NCBI GenBank assembly: GCA_903845055.1
Contig: CAIMWF010000147.1
Location: 12,182 to 76,181, forward strand
Reading direction: 5' to 3'
DNA from: an uncultured Bacteroidales bacterium
GTDB taxonomy: Bacteria > Bacteroidota > Bacteroidia > Bacteroidales > FEN-979
DNA length: 64,000 nucleotides
Shown here: in pieces, positions 1 to 9,841 of the stretch
Layout: each line of letters begins with the position of its first letter
How positions within the stretch are numbered: position 1 is the first letter of the stretch
Position numbers and translations under genes: made by a program
The notes under the pieces: generated by a model
Told to the model about the DNA's origin: nothing
The model's database searches: none
What the model saw: only the letters and a program-made list of their open reading frames with translations

Positions 1-1433
1 TACTGGCCCATTTCACGGATATCCGTGATGGTGAGGTAGCGGTTGTGGAAGATCATGTCGGTGTCGATGTCATCTTTGGGGATGATCCATACCGAACCCT
101 CAACTACCACTGGTTTGGCGATCTTTTCCTTTTCCTGGCGCGCAATGCGTGACGCGCCGGGGATGCCGGTTGCATGAAAAAGTGCCGGCTGTTCAGGGAT
201 CTGGTCGGGGGTTGTGATGAACCCGGCTACCGCGGATGCAGCCACCACGGCGGGAGAGGCAAGATAAACAAATCCTTTGCCCTGTTTCCCGTCAAAGTTC
301 CTGTTTCCGGTGCTGATCGTCACTTCGCCCGGCCCGTTCTGGCCGACCTGTCCGGCGGCACATCCCGCGCAGCCTGCATTGGAAACCATTACGCCCGCCT
401 CTTTGAAGACCTGGATGAGTCCCTCGTCCATGGCCCGTGTCCAGATGGCGTCGGTGGCGGGAACGATCTTCAGGACCACGCCCGGGGCTACCTTACGTCC
501 CCTGAGAACCGAAGCGGCTATCCGTAGGTCTTCGATGCGGCCATTGGTGCAACTGCCGATAAAACCCGAATCGATCTTCTGGTTCCGCACCGTTTCAATG
601 GAAGTATCGTCGTGCGGATGACCTGGTTTTGCCACCATGGTGACAAATTTTGACAGGTCGATATCAAATGTCTTTTCATAAACCGCATCCTGACCTGCGG
701 TCACCATGGTGTAATCCTTACCGGTGATCAGTTTCAGTTCGTTGATCAGGGCAGGGGAGGTGGGGAACAGGATGATGATGGCCCCCATTTCGGTACCCAT
801 CGATGCGATGGTGATTCGTTCAGCCAGGGTGAACTTTTCAGTTTCCTCCCCGTAAATTTCCACGGAGTTTCCCAACAGCTTATTCGCCCCGAAAATCGAG
901 AGCAGGTTCAGCACAATGTCCTTGGCCGAGAGGCTGGCCGGTCTTTTGCCGTTCAGGTTGATCCTGACCGATGAAGGAACTTTGAACCATACGGCTCCCT
1001 TTGCCCAGGCTGCCGCAATGTCCTGGTCGCCCATCCCCTGTCCGAAGGATGCGATGGCCCCCATGATGTTTGCGTGGGAATCGGTTGAAACGAAGGTACT
1101 CCCTGGCCATACAAGCCCATTGTCGATGGCAAGGTGGGTACCGATGCCGGCATTGACATCGTAAACCCTGATGCCGTTTTCGCGGGCGTAGAGCCGGCAA
1201 TAATGCTGGTTGGCGGCATATTTCTGGTCCGACCCGCCCGGGTTGCAGTCGAAGGTGAAGATGGTCTTTTTCGGATCGGCGATCGTAAGTCCGTTGTCAA
1301 CCAGGTTTTTCACAACATTGGCCCCGCCGAAATCCCTTGCGGCGCGGGTATCTATGGCAACATCCACGATGTCGCCCGGCTTTACGGTCTGGAGACCGGA
1401 ATGGCTGGCTATGATTTGTTCTATGATGGTCAT
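1..1433 (-). CDS. Aconitase/3-isopropylmalate dehydratase/homoaconitase-family protein, large and small subunits fused; 3' end runs off the window
   Basis: Not in the ORF track because the stop is outside the window. Manual translation from ATG 1433 gives MTIIEQIIASHSG...RDFGGANVV, Fe-S motifs GFIGSCTNGR and NAGCAGC, STGNRNF, then in frame the small-subunit motif DDIDTDMIF. Confidence 0.88.
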   Translation of the reverse strand, partial: MTIIEQIIASHSGLQTVKPGDIVDVAIDTRAARDFGGANVVKNLVDNGLTIADPKKTIFTFDCNPGGSDQKYAANQHYCRLYARENGIRVYDVNAGIGTHLAIDNGLVWPGSTFVSTDSHANIMGAIASFGQGMGDQDIAAAWAKGAVWFKVPSSVRINLNGKRPASLSAKDIVLNLLSIFGANKLLGNSVEIYGEETEKFTLAERITIASMGTEMGAIIILFPTSPALINELKLITGKDYTMVTAGQDAVYEKTFDIDLSKFVTMVAKPGHPHDDTSIETVRNQKIDSGFIGSCTNGRIEDLRIAASVLRGRKVAPGVVLKIVPATDAIWTRAMDEGLIQVFKEAGVMVSNAGCAGCAAGQVGQNGPGEVTISTGNRNFDGKQGKGFVYLASPAVVAASAVAGFITTPDQIPEQPALFHATGIPGASRIARQEKEKIAKPVVVEGSVWIIPKDDIDTDMIFHNRYLTITDIREMGQ

Positions 1434-1476
1434 ACGGTTGGGTTTAATAATGAAAATGCAGAAAAAAAGGAATGCA

Positions 1477-1683
1477 GGAATGCAGAAATATCAGAATGCA
1501 GGAATATGAATGATGCCTTTATTATCATGTGATTATTGGGCTTAATTTTATTTTCTCCTGGATTTTTTACACCTCAAATATACTTATAAAGGAAGGTAAC
1601 AATCAGGTAGCAATAAAATTAAATATCTGTAAATTCACCGATTTCGGCATCCAGTATTCCTGCATTTACTATTTCTGCATTCC
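1477..1683. repeat. MITE/REP-like element with ~28-bp imperfect terminal inverted repeats built from AATGCAG units
   Basis: ggaatgcagaaatatcagaatgcaggaat (1477-1505) matches the reverse complement of attcctgcatttactatttctgcattcc (1656-1683); the core is AT-rich. Confidence 0.65.
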
Positions 1684-1691
1684 ATTATTGG

Positions 1692-2240
1692 TTACTTAAG
1701 TCTATCCCTGAACGGTTCAAAAGTCATGAAATCGGCATGATGCACGACATAGGCTTCGACGGTTCGCTTCACCATGTCCCCCTCGCCTGCGTGGGTTGCG
1801 ATGATGTGGCATACTGCGGGCGGTACACCGCATTGTTCGGCCAGTGAAACCCCCGAAAAGGGATGGCGCAGGTACTTGCCGTACTTGCCCTGGAACGATT
1901 TTCCGTTTGCATCCAGTTCATATTCCAGTAATTTGCCTACATCCGCCAGAATCGCCCCCGCAATAAGGACATCCATATTGACAGGAAGATCATCATTGAA
2001 AAATTCATTCATTTTATTGCCGGCATCGCGGGCGACATGCACCACGCAGCGCTTATGCGCCATGAACGACACCCGGAGGTCGGGGCCGGCGAGCAGGGTG
2101 AAGGGGATCTTGTTCAGGTCATCGGCGGTAAGTACGCTCTTTTCAAGAGCCACTTCCCAGGTCCGGGCAGTCTTTTCACGGAGATCAGTATCGCCGATCC
2201 ACATCAGTTCGGGCCAGAGGGCTAAGATTTCTTGGGTCAT
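1692..2240 (-). CDS. HD-domain (HDIG-like) protein
   Basis: 182 aa; H..CVV, GAILADVGKL (HD appears as AD), LRHPFSG, HIIATH, HHAD. Confidence 0.8.
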   Translation of the reverse strand: MTQEILALWPELMWIGDTDLREKTARTWEVALEKSVLTADDLNKIPFTLLAGPDLRVSFMAHKRCVVHVARDAGNKMNEFFNDDLPVNMDVLIAGAILADVGKLLEYELDANGKSFQGKYGKYLRHPFSGVSLAEQCGVPPAVCHIIATHAGEGDMVKRTVEAYVVHHADFMTFEPFRDRLK

Positions 2241-2289
2241 TTGCTGGATTTAAAGTTTTCAAATTAATGCATTACCTGCATTGCTTCAT

Positions 2290-3486
2290 TCATGCCTTCA
2301 TTTTTGCAATGATGGCGTCGGTCATCTGCTGGGTTGTGGCTGCGCCTTTGCTGAAAGCATCGGGTTTGCCGGGCAGTTTCATCATATCATAGGTCATCAC
2401 TTTGCCTTCTTCAACCACGGCTGCGACTGCGGCGGAAATTTTCGCCGCGAGTTCCATTTCACCCAGGTGTTCGAGCATCATGACGGCCGAGAGGATCATG
2501 GCCGTGGGGTTCACGATGGAAGGGCTGAATTCGGCATATTTGGGAGCTGAACCGTGGGTAGGCTCAAAAACGGCGATTTCAGGGCCGATATTGGCGCTGC
2601 ACGCAAATCCCAGTCCGCCGATCAGGCCTGCAAACCCATCGGAAACGATGTCGCCGAACATGTTGCCGGCAACCATCACATGATAGGTTTCGGGGTTCTT
2701 AGTAAGCCACATCATCTGTGCATCGATGTTGGTATCCTGTACCTTGATGCCCGGGTATTCGTTTTTGGCCATTTCCTGGGCCATTTTCAGCATCATCCCT
2801 GAGGTTTCGCGGATGACGTTGGGTTTTTCACAAACCGTCACCGTGTCAAAACCGCGTGCCTTGGCATAATCAAAGGCTGCCTTCAGGATGCGGCCGGTAT
2901 ATTTTTTGGTAAAGATGCGTGTCGATACGGCCAGTTCAGGGCGGGGACACCAGGCAAAGTTATCCCTGAATTTCTTGTGGGTCATCAGGGCATCGTATAC
3001 CTGGTCGGAAGGATTTGACCATTCCACGCCGCCATAAAGGCATTCGGTATTCTGACGGAAGATCATGGTGTCGATGACCGGTTCTTCGATCACACCGCCG
3101 AAACCGCGGCGGATGAAATTGAGGGGGTTCCCCTTGAAGGTGCGGCAGGGCCTCATGCAGATGTCGAGGTCATACTTCTGGCGCATGGTTACGATAGGGC
3201 TGTAATAAGCAAACCCTTTGCCTTTTAGTTCAGGGGCAAGTTCAGCCTCAGTTTTGTCTTTCGGCTTGGAGGTGATGGCGCCGAAAAGTCCTATTTTGTA
3301 TTTTTCAAGAAGCTTCTGGGTGCGCTCGGGAAACGGATCACCCTCTTTGCACCAGAATTCCCAGCCAATATCACCATGTACATATTCAGCATCAAATCCG
3401 GCAGCATCCAGCACGCGGATGGCCTCATCAAGGACGACTTTGCCAATGCCGTCACCCGGCATTGCAACGATTGTTCTCTTTGCCAT
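2290..3486 (-). CDS. Isocitrate/isopropylmalate (homoisocitrate) dehydrogenase family protein
   Basis: 398 aa; PGDGIG, RQNTE, NMFGDIVSD, FEPTHGSAP, NPTAMILS. Confidence 0.92.
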   Translation of the reverse strand: MAKRTIVAMPGDGIGKVVLDEAIRVLDAAGFDAEYVHGDIGWEFWCKEGDPFPERTQKLLEKYKIGLFGAITSKPKDKTEAELAPELKGKGFAYYSPIVTMRQKYDLDICMRPCRTFKGNPLNFIRRGFGGVIEEPVIDTMIFRQNTECLYGGVEWSNPSDQVYDALMTHKKFRDNFAWCPRPELAVSTRIFTKKYTGRILKAAFDYAKARGFDTVTVCEKPNVIRETSGMMLKMAQEMAKNEYPGIKVQDTNIDAQMMWLTKNPETYHVMVAGNMFGDIVSDGFAGLIGGLGFACSANIGPEIAVFEPTHGSAPKYAEFSPSIVNPTAMILSAVMMLEHLGEMELAAKISAAVAAVVEEGKVMTYDMMKLPGKPDAFSKGAATTQQMTDAIIAKMKA

Positions 3487-3506
3487 AAAAACGTCTTTTT
3501 TTAGAA

Positions 3507-3540
3507 TAGTTATTTAATTAACAATTGGACTGCAAAGATA
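3507..3540 (-). promoter_or_regulatory. Bacteroidota -7 promoter element (TATCTTTG, 3533-3540) with a Rex-like box downstream (TAGTTATTTAATTAACAA, 3507-3524)
   Basis: Matches TAnnTTTG and TTGTNAAnnnnTTAACAA by eye. Confidence 0.45.
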
Positions 3541-3673
3541 CAATTACAGGACTAATGACCAAAACCCGGAATGTAATTTTTCCCGAAATTTTACGGGTTA
3601 TTCCTTACTTTTGCACGATCATGGCCGGAAAACATTTTGCCATTTTACCATATTATAATTTTGCCATCTGATT

Positions 3674-5083
3674 TTGAAACAGCACCTCACAAATCCCGTC
3701 TTTGAAATTATCGCGCAGGTAGCCGCGGAGATGCAGCTGAATGCGTTCGTGATCGGGGGATTTGTGCGCGACCTGCTGCTTCACCGGGATAACAAGAAAG
3801 ATATTGACATTGTAGTACTGGGCAGCGGAATTGATTTCGCCCAGCAGGTGGCAGCCAGGCTTGAGGGTAAGGTGCCGGTGAAATATTTCAGGAACTTCGG
3901 CACGGCCATGCTGAACTACCAGGGGTGGAAAGTGGAGTTTGTAGGGGCCCGCAGGGAATCATACCGGCGCAATTCCCGCAAGCCGATCGTCGAGGACGGC
4001 ACCCTGGTGGATGATCAGAACCGGCGCGATTTCACCATCAATGCCATGGCCATCGACCTTACGGAGCCGACCGTCGGGCGGCTGATTGACCCCTTTAACG
4101 GGATCCGCGACCTTGAACGGAAAATCATCTGTACACCCCTTGATCCCGATATAACCTTCTCCGACGATCCGTTGCGCATGATGCGGGCCGTGAGGTTTGC
4201 AACCCAGCTTGACTTTACCATCGACCCTGCCTGCCTGGAGGCCATCAGGCGAAACGCCGGCAGGCTCTCCATCGTTTCGATGGAACGCATTTCCGACGAA
4301 TTCAACCTCATCATAGGTGCAGCCGTGCCTTCCAGAGGGTTCAGGCTCATGGATGAAACCGGCCTTCTTGAATTGATCTTTCCTGAATTTTGCGAATTAA
4401 AAGGTTCTGAAATCATTGATGGCAAGGGACATAAGGATAATTTTTACCATACGCTGGCGGTTCTGGACAATGTCGCCGCTGTTTCCGATAATCTCTGGCT
4501 GCGCTGGGCTGCGATTTTGCACGATATCGCAAAACCTGCAACCAGGAAATTTGTCTCAGGGACCGGCTGGACCTTTCATGCCCATGAATTTAAAGGGGCG
4601 AAGATGGTATCGCCGATCTTCCGTAAGCTGAAACTGCCCCTGAATGAAAAGATGCGCTATGTTGAAAAACTGGTACTGCTGCATCTGAGGCCGATCGTGC
4701 TGGCCGAGGATGTGGTCACCGATTCGGCGGTTCGCAGGCTCCTTTTCGAGGCGGGAGACGACATCGACGACCTGATGTTGTTGTGCAATGCCGACATTAC
4801 CTCTAAAAACCCTGTTAAAGTCAAACGGTATATCGAAAACTTCGGTCTCGTCAGGAATAAACTCAGGGAAATTGAAGAGAAGGACAAACTTCGCAACTGG
4901 CAGCCACCCATAACGGGCGAACTGATCATGGAAACCTTTGGCATCCCCCCTTCGAAGGTGGTGGGTGTCATCAAGAACCTGATCACCGAAGCCATCCTGG
5001 AGGGGCAGATATCCAACGACTATGATTCAGCCTACCGGCTCATGCTGGTGGAGGGATTGAAACTCGGTTTGAAAAAAGAATAA
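3674..5083 (+). CDS. cca: CCA tRNA nucleotidyltransferase / poly(A) polymerase family with HD domain
   Basis: GGFVRDLLL..KDIDI, RRDFTINAMA, DDPLRMMRAVRF, LHDIAK. Confidence 0.9.
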   Translation: MKQHLTNPVFEIIAQVAAEMQLNAFVIGGFVRDLLLHRDNKKDIDIVVLGSGIDFAQQVAARLEGKVPVKYFRNFGTAMLNYQGWKVEFVGARRESYRRNSRKPIVEDGTLVDDQNRRDFTINAMAIDLTEPTVGRLIDPFNGIRDLERKIICTPLDPDITFSDDPLRMMRAVRFATQLDFTIDPACLEAIRRNAGRLSIVSMERISDEFNLIIGAAVPSRGFRLMDETGLLELIFPEFCELKGSEIIDGKGHKDNFYHTLAVLDNVAAVSDNLWLRWAAILHDIAKPATRKFVSGTGWTFHAHEFKGAKMVSPIFRKLKLPLNEKMRYVEKLVLLHLRPIVLAEDVVTDSAVRRLLFEAGDDIDDLMLLCNADITSKNPVKVKRYIENFGLVRNKLREIEEKDKLRNWQPPITGELIMETFGIPPSKVVGVIKNLITEAILEGQISNDYDSAYRLMLVEGLKLGLKKE

Positions 5084-5158
5084 CGACCCCGATTTTTTTG
5101 ATGCGGGATATTTCACGGAATTTTATATTTTTGACTCGGATTTAGCGCGGGAAAAAAC

Positions 5159-5962
5159 ATGTTGATATATCGTTTCAGAATAACATGCGAAGAGCATGAC
5201 GGCTTTCTCAGGGAAATCGAAATTCAGCCGGGGCAGACTTTCCTTGACTTTCACCATATAATTATCGATTCGTCGGAATTGCTTCATTGCGAGCGGGCCT
5301 CCTTTTTTATGACCGATAAAAAATATAAGAAGGACAGGGAGATCTCCCTGAAACCTGAGAAACGCCAATTCCGCCGCTACGATGACGATCTCGACCAGGT
5401 TGTTACCGAATCGCTGGCATTGCCCCTGATGAAGGTATCCAAACTGAAGGATTTCATCGAAGATCCTCATCAGAAGATGATCTATGAATTTGAAGGACGC
5501 GATCATTTTTCGTTTCATATTGAATTATTCAAAATTTTCCCTTTCGAAGGCGTTGTTTCATTTCCCCGTTGCACCAGGCGTGTTGCCGAATTGCCCAAAA
5601 AAGCCGAACAGCCTGCGCAGACCGCGCAGGCAGCACCGACCCCACCGGCACCCAGGGTGGTTGTCCCCAAAGTTCCGCTTCCGAAAATCGAGGAACTTTC
5701 AAAATTCGCCGATATCGTCGAAGATGACCAGGAACTGGCAGCCATCGAAAACGAGCTGGGCAACCTGATCGGAGAAGAAGAGACCGCTGCATTTGATGTG
5801 CAGGATCAGGATGGATCTGCTGAGGACGATTTTGGTTTTTCAGACCTGCACAACGATGACGACGATCCGGATGAAAAGCTGGATCATCTGGAGGATTACG
5901 AGGATATAGAGAGCCTCGACAAGCGGATTTCAGGCTATGACCGCGACACCGATGACTATTGA
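5159..5962 (+). CDS. Plasmid pRiA4b ORF-3 / TnpR-like family protein with Pro-rich linker and acidic tail
   Basis: FLREIEIQPGQTFLDFHHII...KLKDFIEDPHQKMIYEF; D/E-rich C-terminus. Confidence 0.65.
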   Translation: MLIYRFRITCEEHDGFLREIEIQPGQTFLDFHHIIIDSSELLHCERASFFMTDKKYKKDREISLKPEKRQFRRYDDDLDQVVTESLALPLMKVSKLKDFIEDPHQKMIYEFEGRDHFSFHIELFKIFPFEGVVSFPRCTRRVAELPKKAEQPAQTAQAAPTPPAPRVVVPKVPLPKIEELSKFADIVEDDQELAAIENELGNLIGEEETAAFDVQDQDGSAEDDFGFSDLHNDDDDPDEKLDHLEDYEDIESLDKRISGYDRDTDDY

Positions 5963-6911
5963 TGTCCCTTTGCTGGTCGTAATTGCCGGACCTACGGCAG
6001 TCGGAAAAACTTCAATCGGAATACAACTTGCCAGCCATTTTTCTTCGGAGATTATCTCAGCCGATTCACGCCAGTTTTTCCGGGAAATGAAAATTGGGAC
6101 CGCGGCACCCGGTGATGCGGAACTGGAGGCGGTTCCGCACCATTTCGTCAGGCACCTTTCGGTTCATGATGCCTACAACGTTTCACGATACGAATCCGAC
6201 GTCCTGGCTCTGCTTGAAAAACTTTTCGTGTCTTACCCGGTGGTATTCATGGTGGGCGGGTCGGGTTTGTACATCGACGCGGTGTGTCATGGAATTGACC
6301 TGTTACCTGACCCCGATGCCGGGACCCGGAAGGAACTGAAGGAATTGCTTGCAACCTCGGGCATCGGGGCGCTGCGGGAAGAACTGATGCGTGCCGACCC
6401 TGTTTACGCAGCCGTGGTTGACGCCTCGAACCCGGCACGGCTGATCCGGGCACTTGAAGTTTGCAGGACAACCGGCGTTCCCTATTCCTCCTTCAGGACA
6501 AACCAGCCGAAAAAACGTCCCTTCAGGATCCTGAAACTGGGTTTCGGACTGCAGCGTGAGGTGCTGAACGCCAGGATCAACGCACGCGTGGATGCCATGA
6601 TGGAAAATGGACTTTACGGGGAGGCGCTTGCGCTCTATCCGCTGAAACACCTCAATTCGCTCAATACCGTAGGATACCGCGAACTTTTCGACCATTTTGA
6701 GGGACTAACCTCCCTGGAATTTGCCGTGGAAAAGATAAAAACCAATACCCGCCGCTATGCAAAACGGCAGCTGACCTGGTTTGGGAAAGACCCTCAGGTG
6801 CATTGGTCCGGTCCCGGGGAAATCCGCGCTTGTATTGATCTGATCAACACGGCATCTGCTGAAGGTGATATTCGATCAATCCCTCCACAGGGGAGGACAA
6901 GACCCTGGTGA
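5952..6911 (+). CDS. miaA: tRNA dimethylallyltransferase
   Basis: GPTAVGKT, SADSRQ, VGGSGLY, RALEV, TRRYAKRQLTWF. Start ATG 5952 preferred; track gives 5937. Confidence 0.95.
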   Translation: MTIDVPLLVVIAGPTAVGKTSIGIQLASHFSSEIISADSRQFFREMKIGTAAPGDAELEAVPHHFVRHLSVHDAYNVSRYESDVLALLEKLFVSYPVVFMVGGSGLYIDAVCHGIDLLPDPDAGTRKELKELLATSGIGALREELMRADPVYAAVVDASNPARLIRALEVCRTTGVPYSSFRTNQPKKRPFRILKLGFGLQREVLNARINARVDAMMENGLYGEALALYPLKHLNSLNTVGYRELFDHFEGLTSLEFAVEKIKTNTRRYAKRQLTWFGKDPQVHWSGPGEIRACIDLINTASAEGDIRSIPPQGRTRPW

Positions 6912-7695
6912 TGCGCACGCCCTCACCGGCTGCAACCTCCCCGAGGACTTCCCGGTAGCTGGATGCGATGGAACCGATAAACCCGACAGGCTGTGATTGA
7001 TACTGTTCGTATTTCCGGATGTGTGCCGTGAAAAAATCGCGGAAGGAACGGTTCAGCAGTTCCCTGACGAACGGATGATCGCGGTTGGGACTGAGGAAAA
7101 TGCTGAAGGATGCCAGGAACCGGTTGGGTGACGGGCGGTTGTACAACGAATTCAGGATGTCTTCAAGTGTGAGCCCGTACTGTTTGTCAAAGGCCTCTCT
7201 CAGGTCATCCGGGAGCTCCTTTTTCAGGTAGGCCCCCATGAACAATTTGCCCAGGTAAGATCCGGCCCCCTCGTCGCCGAACAGGTAGCCGAGCGAGTCA
7301 ACCTTTGAAACAGTGGTCGAACCGTTGAAATAGCAGGAATTGCAGCCTGTCCCCAGGATGCAGGCAATCCCCGAACCATCGCCGAACAGGGCCCTTGCCG
7401 CGCCAAGAATGTCATGATAGACAAATACTTTCGCCTTCCTGAAAAAGAGGTGGATCGCATCCGAGATCATCTGGTTGTTGAAATCGGTGGAGCAGCCGGC
7501 GCCGTAAAAATGAACCTCGCTGATGTGGTCCTCCACCAGGAAAGGCGAGAGATCGGCCCTGATTACCGACTCGACACTCTCAGAATTGTGGAAATAAGGA
7601 TTCAGCCCGATCGTTGCAATGGTCTGTTTGACCCTCAGGCCGTCGAGCACCACCCAGGTCGTCTTTGTTGAACCGCTGTCGGCTATCAGTTTCAT
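6844..7695 (-). CDS. N-acetylglucosamine kinase-like / BadF-BadG-BcrA-BcrD ATPase
   Basis: LIADSGSTKT, FYGAGC, ILGTGCNSC, LGYLFGDEGAG. Confidence 0.85.
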   Translation of the reverse strand: MKLIADSGSTKTTWVVLDGLRVKQTIATIGLNPYFHNSESVESVIRADLSPFLVEDHISEVHFYGAGCSTDFNNQMISDAIHLFFRKAKVFVYHDILGAARALFGDGSGIACILGTGCNSCYFNGSTTVSKVDSLGYLFGDEGAGSYLGKLFMGAYLKKELPDDLREAFDKQYGLTLEDILNSLYNRPSPNRFLASFSIFLSPNRDHPFVRELLNRSFRDFFTAHIRKYEQYQSQPVGFIGSIASSYREVLGEVAAGEGVRITRVLSSPVEGLIEYHLQQMPC

Positions 7696-7705
7696 ACTTC
7701 GGCAG

Positions 7706-8398
7706 TTAATTATCCACTTTCTTCCTGATATCCTCCAGTATCTCCACCTGGATCTGCTGGATGCTCATCATTTTCGACCATTGGTCGAGCAGCAGGTGGT
7801 CCACCTTTTCATGCAGCGTCCTGATCTCGATCTCCGATTTAAGATTTACCTCGTAATCATTCTCCGAACGGATCCGGTCTTTCGTTTCCTGGCGGTTCTG
7901 GCTCATCATGATGATGGGAGCCTGGATGGCTGCAAGGCACGACAACACGAGGTTCAGCAGGATAAAGGGATAGGGATCGAAAGGCTTGGTCATCAGGTAC
8001 AGGCCGTTGATCAGGATCCATATAACCAGGATCGTGAAAAAGGAGATGATGAACTTCCAGCTGCCGCCGAAGGATGCCACCTTGTCGGCGATCCGCTCCC
8101 CGAAGGTAACCTTTTCGGCTGCTACCCTCGGGTTGACAGTGATGATCTCATTCTGCCTGATGCTGGTAATGACGGCCTCTTCAAGAACTTCAATGCTTCC
8201 TTTTTCCTCGTCGATGATCTTTGCAATATAGCGGTTCCTGAATTTGTTCATGTCCTCCCGGCAGATCAGGCTGGTGTCATTCCAGCCAGGGTGTTCGCTG
8301 ATGATCATATTCTCAATTTCATGACGGATGCCGTGACCCACGATCAGCTGGTCTTCGGGAAACACCCTGTCGCATATGGCACATTTGAATTCTTTCAT
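7706..8398 (-). CDS. DUF1003 membrane protein
   Basis: GERIADKVASFGGSW, FDPYPFILLNLVLS, QAPIIMMSQNRQ. Confidence 0.9.
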   Translation of the reverse strand: MKEFKCAICDRVFPEDQLIVGHGIRHEIENMIISEHPGWNDTSLICREDMNKFRNRYIAKIIDEEKGSIEVLEEAVITSIRQNEIITVNPRVAAEKVTFGERIADKVASFGGSWKFIISFFTILVIWILINGLYLMTKPFDPYPFILLNLVLSCLAAIQAPIIMMSQNRQETKDRIRSENDYEVNLKSEIEIRTLHEKVDHLLLDQWSKMMSIQQIQVEILEDIRKKVDN

Positions 8399-8494
8399 GG
8401 TTTTCCGTTAACGATTTTATGTTTCATTTTAATTGCAAATCTATTCAAAACCGTAGAATCTTCCCGGGCTTCTGACAATTTTTCAAAATACCGC

Positions 8495-9799
8495 TCACCA
8501 CGACTCCTCCTGACCATGGTCACGGTCGTATCCGGGTTTGCAGAGAGCAAGGGGAATGATCAGCAATAATGCGCCATAGGTCACCGCCTTATAATGCTGG
8601 GTGATGGCATTCAGGTGCCTGCCGATCAGCCCGTCGGTTGTCAGGGTCATCAGGACGAAGGAGGCCGCCAGGAAAATGCAGGCCGTATTGAACAACACTG
8701 CATCCCGCCTGCTTTCCCTGTCTTCAAAATGCGTGATGACATAGTGTGTAAGGTAGAACATCGCCGGGGCGGCAAGTAAAAATGCATATTTCTGCTGGTG
8801 TGGAAAGATCAGCGGGACGAGCAGGAAGATATAACTTAATTCGCGGAGGGCGGCAGGGCCGGATTTTGCCCTGGTGAACGGAGGCCACGCAAGGAACCGG
8901 AGGGTAACCAGCACGAGGAAGAGCCGTGTCCCGTTCAGGATCAGCGTCGTGGTCCCGGGATCAAGGTCGAGGATGTTGCGTGCGTAGGGGAGCAAGCCGG
9001 GAGTCCGGGTGAACAGGGTCGGAACCAGTGCGGTGAGGCTGTGCAGGCCGAGGTCGGTTTCGGCAAGATGTTCTGCGTTGACCGGGTTGATTGAATTCCA
9101 CCACGATGAAAGTAGCTGAAGGTTTCCCTGCCAGCCTGTAAACAGGGCCGGCAGTAAAAGGAAAAAAACGGAAAACAGCAGGGTGTAAAGTGCTGCCTTC
9201 GATTCCTTCCTGTATATAAGGTAGGGCAGCAGTACGATTGGCAGTATCTTGATATTGATGATCAGCGCAAGCAGCAGGGAACCGGGTATCGCCCTGCCTT
9301 TTTTAAACTGCGACAGGCTTTCAAGTGAGCCCCACAACAGGAAGACGGTCATCTGCATCATTTCAAAATTGTAAAGAATGTACCTTGCAGACAGCACGAT
9401 CGTTACCAGCAACAACCACCCCTTTTGCCCTCTTGTCAGACAATGAATTGCAATATATTTGTTGAGCAAAACCCATGTCCTGTAAAGGAACCACGCGTTG
9501 GCCAGCAGCCATATGAAATTCGGGATGAAATAGGGCAGGTAGGTGAACGGGACCAGGAGGAGCGCACAAAGTGGACTATAATAATAGAGATCATAATTGC
9601 CTTCGCTCACGAAGATCCACAGGTGGTAAGGGTTTTTCCCGGCGGCAATGAGTTTCGCCGCCTCCAGCAGCACTTTGAAATCACCGTTGGCCGTGGCTGT
9701 TTTTATCAGGAACCCCAGGATCAACACACCCGCCAGCCAGGGTATATATCGCTGCCAGGCGCTGCTGATCCTTCCCTCCCGATAGATGTTGCCGGTCAT
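8495..9799 (-). CDS. Glycosyltransferase family 87-like polytopic membrane protein
   Basis: GDF..., YYYSPLCALLLVPF, NIKILP; many TM segments. Confidence 0.75.
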   Translation of the reverse strand: MTGNIYREGRISSAWQRYIPWLAGVLILGFLIKTATANGDFKVLLEAAKLIAAGKNPYHLWIFVSEGNYDLYYYSPLCALLLVPFTYLPYFIPNFIWLLANAWFLYRTWVLLNKYIAIHCLTRGQKGWLLLVTIVLSARYILYNFEMMQMTVFLLWGSLESLSQFKKGRAIPGSLLLALIINIKILPIVLLPYLIYRKESKAALYTLLFSVFFLLLPALFTGWQGNLQLLSSWWNSINPVNAEHLAETDLGLHSLTALVPTLFTRTPGLLPYARNILDLDPGTTTLILNGTRLFLVLVTLRFLAWPPFTRAKSGPAALRELSYIFLLVPLIFPHQQKYAFLLAAPAMFYLTHYVITHFEDRESRRDAVLFNTACIFLAASFVLMTLTTDGLIGRHLNAITQHYKAVTYGALLLIIPLALCKPGYDRDHGQEESW

Positions 9800-9841
9800 T
9801 GATCTCTCACTTCGTTATTCGTTATTCGATATTCAATATTC

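Noticed and set aside
174-1532. Several short track ORFs (174-527, 277-621, 880-1200, 953-1300, 1134-1532)
   Set aside because: Shadows of the minus-strand dehydratase gene, which the track missed because it has no stop in the window.
7619-8569. 316-aa plus-strand ORF
   Set aside because: Antisense to DUF1003, with no recognisable motifs.
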